NCBI RefSeq assembly: GCF_022045235.1
Contig: NW_027266270.1
Coordinates: 8,122,001 to 8,186,000 of the forward strand
Origin: Haliotis cracherodii
Taxonomy: Eukaryota
DNA: 64,000 nucleotides
Direction: 5' to 3'
Shown: piece by piece, positions 11,228 to 24,020 of the stretch
How the letters are laid out: every line of letters begins with the position of its first letter
How positions within the stretch are numbered: position 1 is the first letter of the stretch
Translations under genes and position numbers: made by a program
Notes under the pieces: generated by a model
Seen by the model: only the letters and a program-made list of their open reading frames with translations
Database searches by the model: none
Told to the model about the DNA's origin: nothing

Positions 11228-14200
11228 GTAATTGTGCCAATCATCTGTCTTTGTTTCAACAACCTTGCACCCATTGTCTACGGGCCCCTGAGTAGCATCC
11301 ATGTGTATTTGATTGTTTCTTCCATATCTGAAAAAGTGAATTTTATCTTATTCAATTGTTACTCGTCTGGAGAATGTTATGACGCATTCCAAAATTAACA
11401 TACCGTTTTTATTAGTTTCAACAAAATCAGTAATGGTACCCTCGTGTCCCTGGATTTTCGAGTTACTGGATCACTTGATGGTCTGGTTTACCAGGCTGAT
11501 GTCGCATGGCAGGAGTACTGCTCTGCTGCGTCAGACAATAAATACTTACTTTATTATGCAATGAATACACAATGCCATTTAGGAAGTGGTCAAATGCAAC
11601 TAATGTTATATATAGGATAACATTTTCTTAGTAAAGTACAGATTCTAGTACTTCTTTTGGGTTGAGTCCCGTCCGGGATTCGAACCCGGACCTGCCACGG
11701 TTAGGCACCTAATCGCCAGCACACAAAGTCAGCGATCTAACCCACTCAGCCACCGAGGCTTCCACAAAATGAAAGTCCGACAACTGGTAGTCTAGATCAC
11801 GTACTTTGAGTACCCCCCTGACAATTGTAAATTGGCACGGCTCCCATGGCCGAAAGCTATGAATACAAGTTGTCAAATGTAACTAATGTTATATTTGGGA
11901 TAACACTTTCTTAGTAAAATAGAGATTCTAGTACAACCAGTTGTCGGACTTTCATTTTGTGGAAGCCTCGGTGGCTGAGTGGGTTAGATCGCTGACTTTG
12001 TGTGCTGGCGAAGAGGTGCCTCACCCTGGCAGGTGTGGGTTCGAATCCCGGACGGGACTCAACCCAAAAGAAGTAATAGAATCTGTACTTTGCTAGGAAA
12101 GTGTTATCCCAAATATAACATTAGTTACATTTTTTATGCAAATTGTATGAATGACGGGTGCTTCCGGTAGGGCAGGACATGCTTACCGAACACCTGGTGT
12201 CATCACTGATTTTCAGTGGTCCATTCATATAAGTCCCACAGCTATTTGCCAAGTGGAATCTGTTTCGGCAGAAAATCTAGGCTGGTTATTCTCTTGCATT
12301 GACAATTTATATTTGCTCATTACATTGAAGTTATCGAAGTGGTATATAGTTCCTACGTGTTTTGATTTCTATATATGTCCATGCTGGGATGTAATTATAC
12401 ATGTATGCATGCTTTCATGCAGCGTGAGTGTCTGCATCTTCTGACTGTACCTCTTGCAGACAATACGTTCGTGGCATTGCTACTCATCCATGTATTATTG
12501 ACCTATTTCATCAATTATTCACAGAAAGGGGCAGTTATTATCATAAATCTCTTATTAATGTTTCATTTCAATATTCAGCTCATTCAATTGATATATTATG
12601 GAAAATATTTAACTTATCGTGCATATGTTTCGTATCATAATCAAATGTCCCTGACTTTAACACATTTGTGACTCACGTTTCCCGTCATCGAATTTCTTAC
12701 TTCAAGGAACGTCCGGATTAAGAGCCTGTATTGTGTATTATATACGTCCTTGATTATGAATGTGTGCATCTTCTTAATGTTCAAATGAGTATGCTGATTC
12801 GGACGGTACTTCATGTGCACGAACCTATCTTGTCATATCCATTACCTTTTCTGCACAATGGGCCATATGTTAGTTTAGAAAGAAACATAAGGGTCCGACC
12901 ATTAGTTACGAAATATCTGGTATTGCAGATGTAGCTGCAATCATTCATCTCTACTCACCCCCAAACAAACCATTGTATATTTCTGTTTGTATAAATATTC
13001 GCATAATACGATTCTCATTTCTGTAAAGTTATAACCTGTGGTACACCACAAACAACGTCAAACGGTGCCTTCACAGTCGGCAACAGCAACAACTACGGCA
13101 GCGTGGCCACGTACACGTGCAACAACGGGTACAACATGACTGGGACTGCCACGATGACATGTTCCACCTCCAGCAGCTACTCCACGTATGGATACTGGAC
13201 GGGGTCTGCGCCAAGGTGCCTATGTAAGTGATCACTCGTTAATTATTATTTTCATAGTTTTGCGGTCCTGGCTATTGGTACATTGCAGTTGTAAGAAAGC
13301 ATTGCTTGACCACATGACACCTGTCCTCACAGAATTTCAATTGCAACACTGAGAAAGAGAATTATGTCCAAGCTGCTCATATTTGTGTACCTTCTAGCAT
13401 TTCTCCATGGCCCGACTCACATCCTGAACGAGTCAACAGAAGATGGTTATGCGATAATCGAACGACAACAATATATGAAAGTAGAGCTGGCGTTGTTCTT
13501 GGAAATGACCTTCTTCTTCAAAGGAGCGTACGCCTGAAAGCTCTTGATAAGATCCCAGCTAACACATAACATTTTCAAAACACTTTTAAAAGGTTTCATT
13601 GTAGTTTTTCAAAAACATTTTCGTCAAAACATTTTATTAACGTTTTAGAAATATTTTACAACTATTCAAATGTTATTGAAATGTTTTCAAAATGTTATTC
13701 AAGAACATCATGCAGTAACATAGGCGAAACTATTTCATAACATGTTATTACAATATTTTCAACACGTTGCAGAAATGTTTTGCCATAACATATTTAATGA
13801 AATGTTATGGTCATGTTTTAAATACATTTTGTACACATATGTAAAATCATCCGAACAAGGTGTAAATGTTTTATAATTATTCAAAATGTTATTGAAATGT
13901 TTTTAAAATGTTTTTCAATAACATCATGCTATGACATAGGCGATACTGTTTCATAACATGTTATTGCAATGTTTTCAACAAATTGCAGAAATGTTATGCT
14001 GGAACATATTTTCATGAAATGTTATCGCCATGTAAAAAAGTGAGAACCGATTACGACCCCAACAACCTTCAGTTGAACACAAGTTCCCCAGCCAGCACAC
14101 TCCGTTTTCATATTGCTGTGGATTGGTAATGCAGTAATAGAACATTTTCACAACAGTTACAGTTAATCTGTAGACTAAATGTCTAAAGAAAATATAGCAG

Positions 14201-17200
14201 ATATGAGTAAGACAAAACTTCACATGATTTGTTTGTTGGTGATTACAGATAGTGTCACAGGCAATTTCATTTAGTCGCGCATATTTTGCTAGGGCGTGAG
14301 AGAGACCGTTGAGAAGTGACTAAATATAGATCTATGGTAAAAGACGCATTCTCTCACATTTAATTATGTTTCAAGACTATTTATTAAAATGTCTTAGAAC
14401 GTTTTGATTTTTATAGCACAAAAATCAATAGGGAATACTACACTCATTCTCGTCAGATACCATTTTTACGAAACGAGTGGACTTTTTATGGTATCTGATA
14501 GAGCGAAAATAGTATCTAACGAGAATGAGTGTGGTATTTTATTTATTATTAAACTTGACACTGACTTTCAAAATGTAATAAAATGCGATTGTTTCAAAAT
14601 AGGACACAGAAACCATAATTGAAACACTGTTTGAAGATCGATGTACACAATGTTCAAAACATTAATCGTGTCACCTAGACAGACACACGTACACGATACA
14701 GTTAATGTCACAGGGGTAGAGAAAATGTCAGTATCGGTTGTGCCCACCACGTGCATCAATCACCGCTTGACACCGACGACCCATAGATGCAATCAAGTTG
14801 TCAATAACACGCTGTTGGATGTGCTGCCATTCATGCTGAGTGAGTGAGTTTGGTTTAACGCCGTTTTTAACAGTATTCCAGCTATATCGCGGCGTGTCAG
14901 CTTAATGTGGGAGGAAAGCCCGAAGGGATGCAGATCTCAGACGTTTACCACTTCGGTGAAACCCACGAGCACGGGTATGGTGCTGATAAACCTAGAAACA
15001 TAATCGGGGCGAACCTGGATTCGAACCCACAATCATAGGTTTCTGGCGTGCCCAAGAGCCGCAACTCTGCACGGCGAATTGCGGCCTTAGACGTCTAAAC
15101 CATGACAAACCATGACGCTCCCGCCGCCAAATGGGACAACCTGCTGCATACAGTTGGGGGTGTAACGTTCACCCCGACGTCTGTAGACACGTGCGCGCCC
15201 ATCAGCACGTGTGAGTAGGAAACGGGACTCGTCAGTAAACAGTACATTTCTCCACCTTGCACGTGCCCATCTAACCCTCTGTTGGCGCCAAAGCAGACGG
15301 TCCGCCAGATGACGTGGGGTCAATACATGACGTCGAACAAGTCTTTGTGCAAAAAGTCCAGCCTCCCTCAGTCTGTTGCGTACCGTTTGATCCGATATTC
15401 TGCGTACCCAGGGATCTGTGTGGTTGTAGACGTGGCTGTGGTAGTGCGGTCTCGGAGGTGTCGCAGCCGGATGTATCGATCTTGTGCTGGGGGAGTCACC
15501 CTTGGTCTTCCTGACCTTGGTCTGTCGTCAACTTTGTTGGTGTTGTTGTATAGTGTCCACAGTGCGGAGATTGTCTGTCTGGATACGCCAAAGTGCCTGG
15601 CCACTTCTTGCTGAGTTGTTCCAGCTTGTTATCTCCAAATGGCGTTGTTCCGTTGAGCTGCATTCAGTCTTGGATTCTGTCACCGCCTCTACTGCCGTTA
15701 TAAGGACTGTATGAACAGCCGTTGATGTGGATTTTTATACCCATTCAGCAGGGGGGCGGGGCCTGCATGCCTAAATGCAGGATCCTGTGCTGCACGTTTT
15801 TTACAGGCGGTTGCGTTTGGATGAAGCTGTACAATTGATCCTCCAAACGCTACGTTAATGTGCTTTGCATGTGTTTTCGCGAATCATAGACACATCATCT
15901 TTCTGTTTGACTTATTTGGTTTTCATTTAATGTAATTATTTTAGATATTTGGCAAAAAGTGGTTTTAAATCTATGTCAAGTTTCTTTTTTTTAAGAGTAT
16001 ATATTTAAGTGTAAATACATGACGACATTTGTTCGTTGACAGACCAAACTGAAACCGGTTGCAAAATCTGGTTGCACATGAATATTGATATATGCCCAAA
16101 TATGGGCATTGTTGACATTTCTATGCGTACGCATTAACAATATGCGCCTGCAGTTGTGTTTGCAAACATAACAGCACCGACGCTCAAGATCCTTTTTGAA
16201 GAATTTCTTCAACCCATGATAATTCAAGCGCCATGTTGTACGCAGGACTCCTATAAGAAAATCTTAAAAGTCACATTAGCGCCGCGCTTTTAATATCGGA
16301 CCAACAGTCGGTCACTCGCACTGCCGGGGTCCCGTCTGTGCATTCAAAATGGTTTGGTTTTCTAGGTCTATCAGCTGAATTTATATCATGTCCGTACCAT
16401 TTTGGAAGAGGAAATCAGAGTGTTCGCCAAAGACATTCCTGTTAACTGTACCACCCCATACTGAAGACCTGAAAATCAACAAACCCAAGTCTGCTTGTAT
16501 GTCCGTGACAGCTTCGAACGAAGGGCACGGTCACCACCGGAATAAGAAAAGACAATCGTGATCTTATCACAGGGTTTTAGGCTAGCCATAGGGAATGTCA
16601 TTGTTCACATTTGTGATATTTTGGGCAACATAATCATAAATCAGGCACACTTTACGGAGTTTTCGAATGATTTGTATCGGAAATGTTCACTTTGAGTGAT
16701 CTGGTCGTGCAGTCGTGAACAAACAACTCCCGAAACAGTGCCAGAAAATACGCTTCGAAGGGGACACTGATGGCAACAACCGGATCATCCCAAGTAAGTC
16801 TAGATATCTGACCAGATAGTTTAAACTGAGTTCATTTTACCACGCTTATCCTTTTACGTTAAATCAAATTAAAAGTTGCGAAAGTGGTCGGGTGCGTCAC
16901 GCTCATGGGGACCCTCGATCTATTGATCGGTAGTCGTACATTGTAAATGGATATAGCTCGATTATAAACTGACGTCCAAAAGAAGCTTTACCACTCATGT
17001 TCAAAAACAACAAAACATACATGCATGAAGTAAGGTGTATTGAGAAGATCAATATATCAACATAATCAATACTGAAAATGACAATAATACCGCGACCGAG
17101 AATGACGTCAGAGCCCCACAAAGTTGGGTGTGGTACAAAACTCGAGCTTTCAGAATCATGGACAATAGGCAGAGTACATAAACAATCGCTCACGTTCAAT

Positions 17201-20200
17201 TAAAAGTTATTAGTAGCGTGTGTGACCACCGAAAGCCTCAATACACGCAAAAACTCTTCGACGCACAGAAAAAATCAGTCGTCTGTTGAGGTCACGTGGG
17301 ATTTGACGCCATTCTTCTTGGAGGGCCAAGATCAGTTCTTGCCGGTTGGCTGGAGAGTTTGGTCGTTGTCGAACACGACGATCCATCAAGTCCCAAAGGT
17401 ATTCTAAGGGGGACATGTCGGGTGAGCGTGCAGGCCACGGCAGGAAGTTGACGTTGTTGGATGCGAGGAAGTTAGTGACAATTCTGGCTGTATGGGCTCT
17501 AGCGTTGTCATGCTGATGAATGACACCACGTGGCTGCTGTTGGAGAAATGGTAGGACAACTGGACGAAGAATGTTATCCATGTAACGCTGAGCTGTCAAG
17601 TTTCCGTCAACGATGACCAGCGGTGTCCTCTCCTGCCCACAGATCCCTCCCCACACCATGACACTCCTTCCACCATATGGTACAACCTCCTGCACGCAAC
17701 ACGCCACCGTTCGTTAACCCCTTCGGCGGTAACCACGTTGTCTTCCATCAGCCCTAAATATACAGAATCGACTTTCGTCAGTGAAGACAACCCTCTGCCA
17801 GTCACGTCGTTGCCAACGTCGTACAATCCGGGCCCATCTCAATCGCAGACGACGATGTTGCGCTGTCAATAGCTGTCCTCTGTATGGTCTAAAAGCCCTG
17901 ATTCCAAGAGCCCTGAGTCACTGTCAGGAAGCGATTTCGGAGGTGCAAGGTACGCAAGTACCGGTCATCATGGGGCGTGGTCACCCTGGGTCTGCCTGTT
18001 CTTGGCCTGTCAGCGGTCCGCCCTGTCTGTCTGTAACGTTGCATCAAGTTGGTAACGGCAACACGGGAGCAACCGACGGTTCGTGCAATATGGGCGTGGG
18101 TGGCTCCCATCTGTACCATACCCAAGGCTCGTTCACGTTGTTCGACTGTGAGTCGTGGCATGGCTTTTGTGTGTTTTTTATCACTGTGGATGTCTGACTA
18201 GCCGTTGCAATCGTTTTATACCCTTACCCGCACGTGCATTTGCAGTTGTCCATGGTGCACATGTTTTTCACTTTTTCGCGTGTTATCTCGCAAACATGTA
18301 ACAGACGATTAACATTTTCTGCATACACTACTGTTATATTTAGGTTATGTGTTTTAGATAGACTTCATCGGAAAAAAAATTATACTTTGTCTGAAATTTA
18401 TATTTTCAGTTGGTAAAGTTTCTTTTGGACGTCAGTTTATCATGTCTTTAGAAGATCTATACACAACTTATATAGAATGCAAACCAAATTTGATGCGACT
18501 GACTACCTTGTTTGGTTTTATAAAGTGTTTTTAAATATCTCTCACTCTCATGAGATTGCTTCAGTTCGGCCTTGTAGTTGCAAAATGAATGACGACTCAC
18601 GATATTTTTATGAATAAAAAAGTAGTCCCAGTGTGACAGAAGTCACGGTTAGCAAATCAAAACGAATTAAACAAGGTCAACCTTGTACGACACACGTGTG
18701 ACGTACGGATTTAGTATCTTATCTTCGCCACATGAGTAATAAATGTTTTTAAAATGTTCTTAAAACGTATCACACAAACGTTTCGAAAACAATTTTAAAA
18801 TGCTGTGACAAAATGACTTGTTGTCTCGTGAAATGACGTCGGAATGACGTCACACTATTACGTCATCCGCACCCGCCATCATCAGTTCAAGTTTACTCTA
18901 CATCCAAGTGACATTGTACAGCAAGAGCTGGATCGTCGAACTCTGATTTCTGAGGGGGTAAGTTCATTTTCAAAAGCAGCATCCGCTTATCTAAGTAGTA
19001 TCTAAATAGCATTGTGTGAATATAACATTTGTTACTTTTAACCACTTTCTAAATGGCATTGTGTATTCATAACTTTCGGCCATGGGCACCGTGCCAATTT
19101 TACACTTGTCATAGGGGTACACAAAGTATGTGACCTAGGGGTGCTTTGCAAAGCGCAAATCATTTGCAAGTGATGTACAGCGATTCGCCTTACAATGGTG
19201 CGCTAACTTTCACCCGCTTGCAAGCTAAACAATCGCTGGCTGAGGTCGTTTCGTTCTCAAACCAAACTGGCGGCTGACTTTGACAACTGAACAAGAAATT
19301 CTTGACTGGATCAACGATGAAATAAGCATAGGTAGCTAACACCCCATCATCCTCAGTCTGCTCCTCATCTTCAAAGTAGTCATAAATTTCATCAGCTCAT
19401 CATCGAGCCTCTTATATTACGTTCTTCTACGTCAAGGCAACGAAGCGGTAGTTGCGCCGCCATTTTGGAAGTGTGAGCAGCGATTAATTTGCTTTCTCTA
19501 AGTGATTCAACTACCGGTTGTCGGATTTTCATTTTTGTGGAAGCCTTGGTGGCTGAGAGCGTTAGACAATGATATTACTGAAAGCCTAATAACTGCATCA
19601 GACACCAACCTACTAAAGCGAAAACTTTAATGTGCATTTGCGGAAAATATATTCCCTTATGTAATTGAACAATCATCAAATTCACATCAGCAATGAATGA
19701 CTTTTTCCCGTGTTGAATGCAGAGCATACCGTGTATTTATAGTGTATGTCAGAGGTCAGCTTGTGGCATATCACATTGTGTAGAAATACAGAGGGACACT
19801 GTTGTACTTAAGTTGGCTAATACAACAAGGTGTTTTTCACGGCCTCGTAATGTTAAGGTCACAGTTTGTTTGATACCAAGTTCTTTTCACACATGATCTG
19901 TCCTTGCAATCCATTGTTAGTTATAATCGCATTATTAAATGTGGCATTGAAATGAAATTCACAATGCATAAAGACCCAGGTGTAAACAACTATGAACATA
20001 CAGAAGTAGTAAAATGTGTCACACGCACAATGTGTAAAATATAGAATCGATGCACGTAAGACAAAAGGTGTATGGAGTGCATTCAGCCAGACATTGGCTT
20101 ATTAGAGACACTATATATATACAATATAAACAAAATATATATATAATATATATAATGTGAGAGGTGGGAAATTTAGCTACGAAATCAGAAGACTCACAGG

Positions 20201-23200
20201 AAACAATAACAAACTCCTCGATTCAACAAGGAAAGAATTATAAAGGATAGATAGAGAGAGAGGTAATTTAATAATCATTATGATGACTGTCGTCTCTTAA
20301 ACCTTTTACAAAGCGTTTCGCAAGCAATTTTTGTAAAAAGTTTGAATTCATTAAGTAAAAATATTTCTCTTCTTCGCATAGCACATCAAAATTTCGGTTG
20401 TTTTCTTCAGCTGCACAATATAAATACATGTAGCTGCGCATGGACTTGCACACCACTTGATATTTGAATACTGTACAGAACATTTTTTATGTCTTACCAA
20501 CTGCACCTGTCACCCACATGCACGACAGTTGAAGATTGATGTGACGGGACTAAAGAAGAGAATGTGATCATACGACGACCGGTAACTCGTAATTAAATTC
20601 ATTTCATCAAATAAGACCTTCAAACATTCACAGAGGACATTTGCAAATGGAAACTTTAATATTCATAGCCCATGTTAGCCTACATGTGTATGGGCAGGCC
20701 CATGGGCGACATAGTTTAGAATCCAAGTTTTCGATACATTTTGTTTCTTCCTTAGTATGCACCCATGAATACAGCAGTGATGAACTTTGGAAATATCTTT
20801 GACCGAGACTGGCCACAGCATGGAGCGTTTCTGGACAAATGGGTTTCCAGAATTAATATAATGTTATGAACCTGTATAATATATTTCCTCTTTGGATTAA
20901 CAATATAATGCTTATTGAATAGAGTTCAAGTTATAACTTTGTTATAATGTGGAACATTGTTGTTTTCGCTGCAGCCAGGGGCTAAAGGAGACAACGGCAT
21001 TCCATGAGATACACACGGAAATGTTAGGTATATTGAGGAATACACCAAATACACCAGGGGCTGTGAATGATGCAAACCTAAGTGCAGAAACTGTTGTTAA
21101 ATACCATGAGCTGCTAGATCAAGGATCTTTTGATGGTCATGTGGCTTTATATTAATGCTAAGAATTGGATTTGTATCTGCACTCAGCCACTGGCCGTTAT
21201 ATGGGTTTGGGTGTACCACTTTGTGTATTCAATGTGATGCTTGATGCTTTAGATTTTGTTTTATGTCCAGAAAAGTGGATCAAGACAAAACCAAAGAAAG
21301 AAGATTCTGACAATCAATTATTTAGAAAGGTGTAAAAGTTTTCTAAAAATATTAAAATCTCCACAGAACTGAGTCTTGAAGTTCTTTGTACACTGAATGT
21401 TGAAGACATGACATAGATTACCATGTCCGTCATTCCTACTGTTTTCTGCAGTACATGGCTGAAGGGTGTACAGTCCCTGACTATTTGACCTAATCATTTG
21501 TATCTTGTTAACAGTGAGTTGGTGTTGTACGTTTTGATCATTGGCAGCAAAACACCGAGCTTTTCAAACACCTTGGTTCGTTTTCATAACATTTTGGAAA
21601 CGTTATAACCAAATGTTCACAGAAAACGTTCCTTAAACGTTTCTGGAACACTACAAACGTTTCAAAAAGCATTTCTGGAATATTTTACAGAAACATTTCA
21701 GAAACGTTATAATCAAATGTTCACAGAAAATGTTCTCAAAACGTTACTTGAACCATACAAAATCACATGAATAAAACGTTTTCAAAAGCTTTTCTGTAAT
21801 ATTTTACACAAATAAAATTGAAACGTTATAACCAAATGTTTCAGGAAAATGGTTCTAAAACGTTTCTGGGACCATACATAATCACGTGAAGAAAGCATTT
21901 TTTTAAACATTTCCGGAACGTTTCGTAAAATGTTTTAGGGATGTTTTTATAACATTTTCGTTTTAGCTGGGATGCGCTTTATGCCTTAATTTATTTGTAG
22001 TATATTCTCCAAAAATGTAAGTGATCATAAAATATATATTCTGTTATAAGACGTCTGCAAATAGGTCATCTTTCAAACATGACTAAGGTAGAACGGTTAC
22101 GGATCCAAAACCTGATATAGAGTGGTTCCGGAACTAAAACTAGCGCCCCAACACAGCCGAAACATTTCCCGTGAACAATGAAATTCCTCCGAGCACGTGG
22201 GTCGGCGGTAATTCCTCAGTGAAAGGTCGTCAAATCGCTCTGAGCCATTTTAATATTTTATATTTTCCTTATCGACAGAATCATGAACATGTATGCTATC
22301 TACTGTTGCGTTAGTGCAATATTAGGGACCAGACTGGGAATGTATAGTCTACAATGTCATGAGCCGTAAAAGCTATTGGCATGCTTTAAACTGGTAGCAC
22401 TCCGCGAGAGGTCAATGTCTCACAGGTTCTGTCGATACAAAATGTTTATGATCGACCCGGACAGCGCGCCCTAGGTCAACAACACATTATTGGTTAGTTA
22501 GAAACCAGACCCAAACAGCCTATTAAATCGCTGTTTACTTGCACCAGGCATGGAAGCTTAAGTTACTGACCAGGCGATAGGAAATCGTAAGAATGCAGCT
22601 TATCTGTATGTTGTACAACAGTTCATAATTGGGCACATTTTAGCCACACGCCAATTGGGGGTGGGTCTGTAATGATATTGGCGGGATCACTATGATGAGA
22701 GCCAGAACGCCACTCAATATTGCCCATGAAAGGGACAGTACCCCGTGACAACATACTGGCGCCAATAGTTTTGCCACTTGCGCGCCAAGCTGTTCAACAT
22801 TTTGTCTTTCAAGACAATAACCCACGTAGGATGACATCAACGACCCACACCAGTCATGCGTCCTGACCCAGAAGACGTCTCGGCTTTGATCTGGAGACGC
22901 CAAAGGTCACCCGCTACATTAGCTTAACTGGGTCAGGCATTGCAGGTCGAGAACACAAGTCTCCCTCAAATTGTCATTAGGAGATAAATTGAGAACGAAT
23001 GTGTAATCAGACATGACCCTTTGTTGATCAAGTCTAAAACGTTCAATTTTTAAATTCCACACCCCTGTCGTATTTCTTAGTTGTTTGCACCCTTACAATA
23101 CACCAGTCAACAAGATGCATTGAGTGTCATGGGTTACACCTAGTCTCTCATTACTCTTATCCATCCATTACCTTCACACAGTACCTCTTTGCAATTTAAT

Positions 23201-23951
23201 AACTATCTTTTAATATTTTTAGAGTATATTATGTAGCTGATGGATGGGGTCATGCTTTGCATTCGTTCAATGAAGGGTTAATAATTTAAGGTGTTTGTTT
23301 CTTTGACGGTCACATTGACCTTATGTTTGTTTTTTTCACCCAGTCGCTGAGTCCTGTAACAGCAGCCCCTGCCAGAACGGAGGCGCGTGTGTGAACGGTC
23401 TGGAGATGTACACGTGTGTGTGTTCGCCTGGGTGGTCAGGGGTCAACTGTGAAGCAGGTAGGAAAACCAACATGTCTGATCAAGCTAACAAATGTACGGC
23501 CATCAAAAGCTGATAGCACCTCAAATCTGAAATCACGTGTTTATATCCTTAGTATACTCTTTAACAACACAGTTGTTGTAGTTAGATTGAGTACTGTTTA
23601 TTTATCACCTGTAAATAATATCCGACTTTTATATACTTTTATATATTTATATCAAATAGTAATCATAGACGCATTATTGGCTCATGTGACTGTAGACGTG
23701 CAGCCCCCTGTAATGAGTGGTTGCGAAGACAACGACACTCTCCACACAGCTGACCATGAGCTGACCCACGAGTGGACAGTGCCAGCCTTCACGGATCCCT
23801 TTGGTAACAACGTCGTCACGACGCCGAACTACGTCACCAACTCCTACCGCTTCCCCTGGGGCGACTTCTTCGTCCAATACGTGGCCACCAAGACAAACAA
23901 CGGTTTACAGACGGAGTGCAAGTTTCAACTCAGCATTAGACGTAAGCCATG

Positions 23952-24020
<69 letters not shown>

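Larger units (their letters stand above)
13554..21971. mobile_element. CACTA/EnSpm-like non-autonomous DNA transposon carrying nested Tc1s, a SINE and other fragments
   Basis: Termini CCCAGCTAA...TTAGCTGGG with a 2-bp AT TSD; subterminal aacatttt/aacgtttt repeat arrays at 13560-14030 and 21560-21960. Confidence 0.65.

Noticed and set aside
11965-12060. Functional tRNA gene
   Set aside because: A and B boxes are present but no clean acceptor or anticodon stems; it lies within a repeated element. The same applies to the SINE heads.
19139-19510. Possible Harbinger transposase N-terminus on the minus strand
   Set aside because: Only a short acidic stretch and one TIR-like end; insufficient to call.
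20400-21500. Possible coding remnants of the CACTA-like element
   Set aside because: No transposase motif could be read with confidence.
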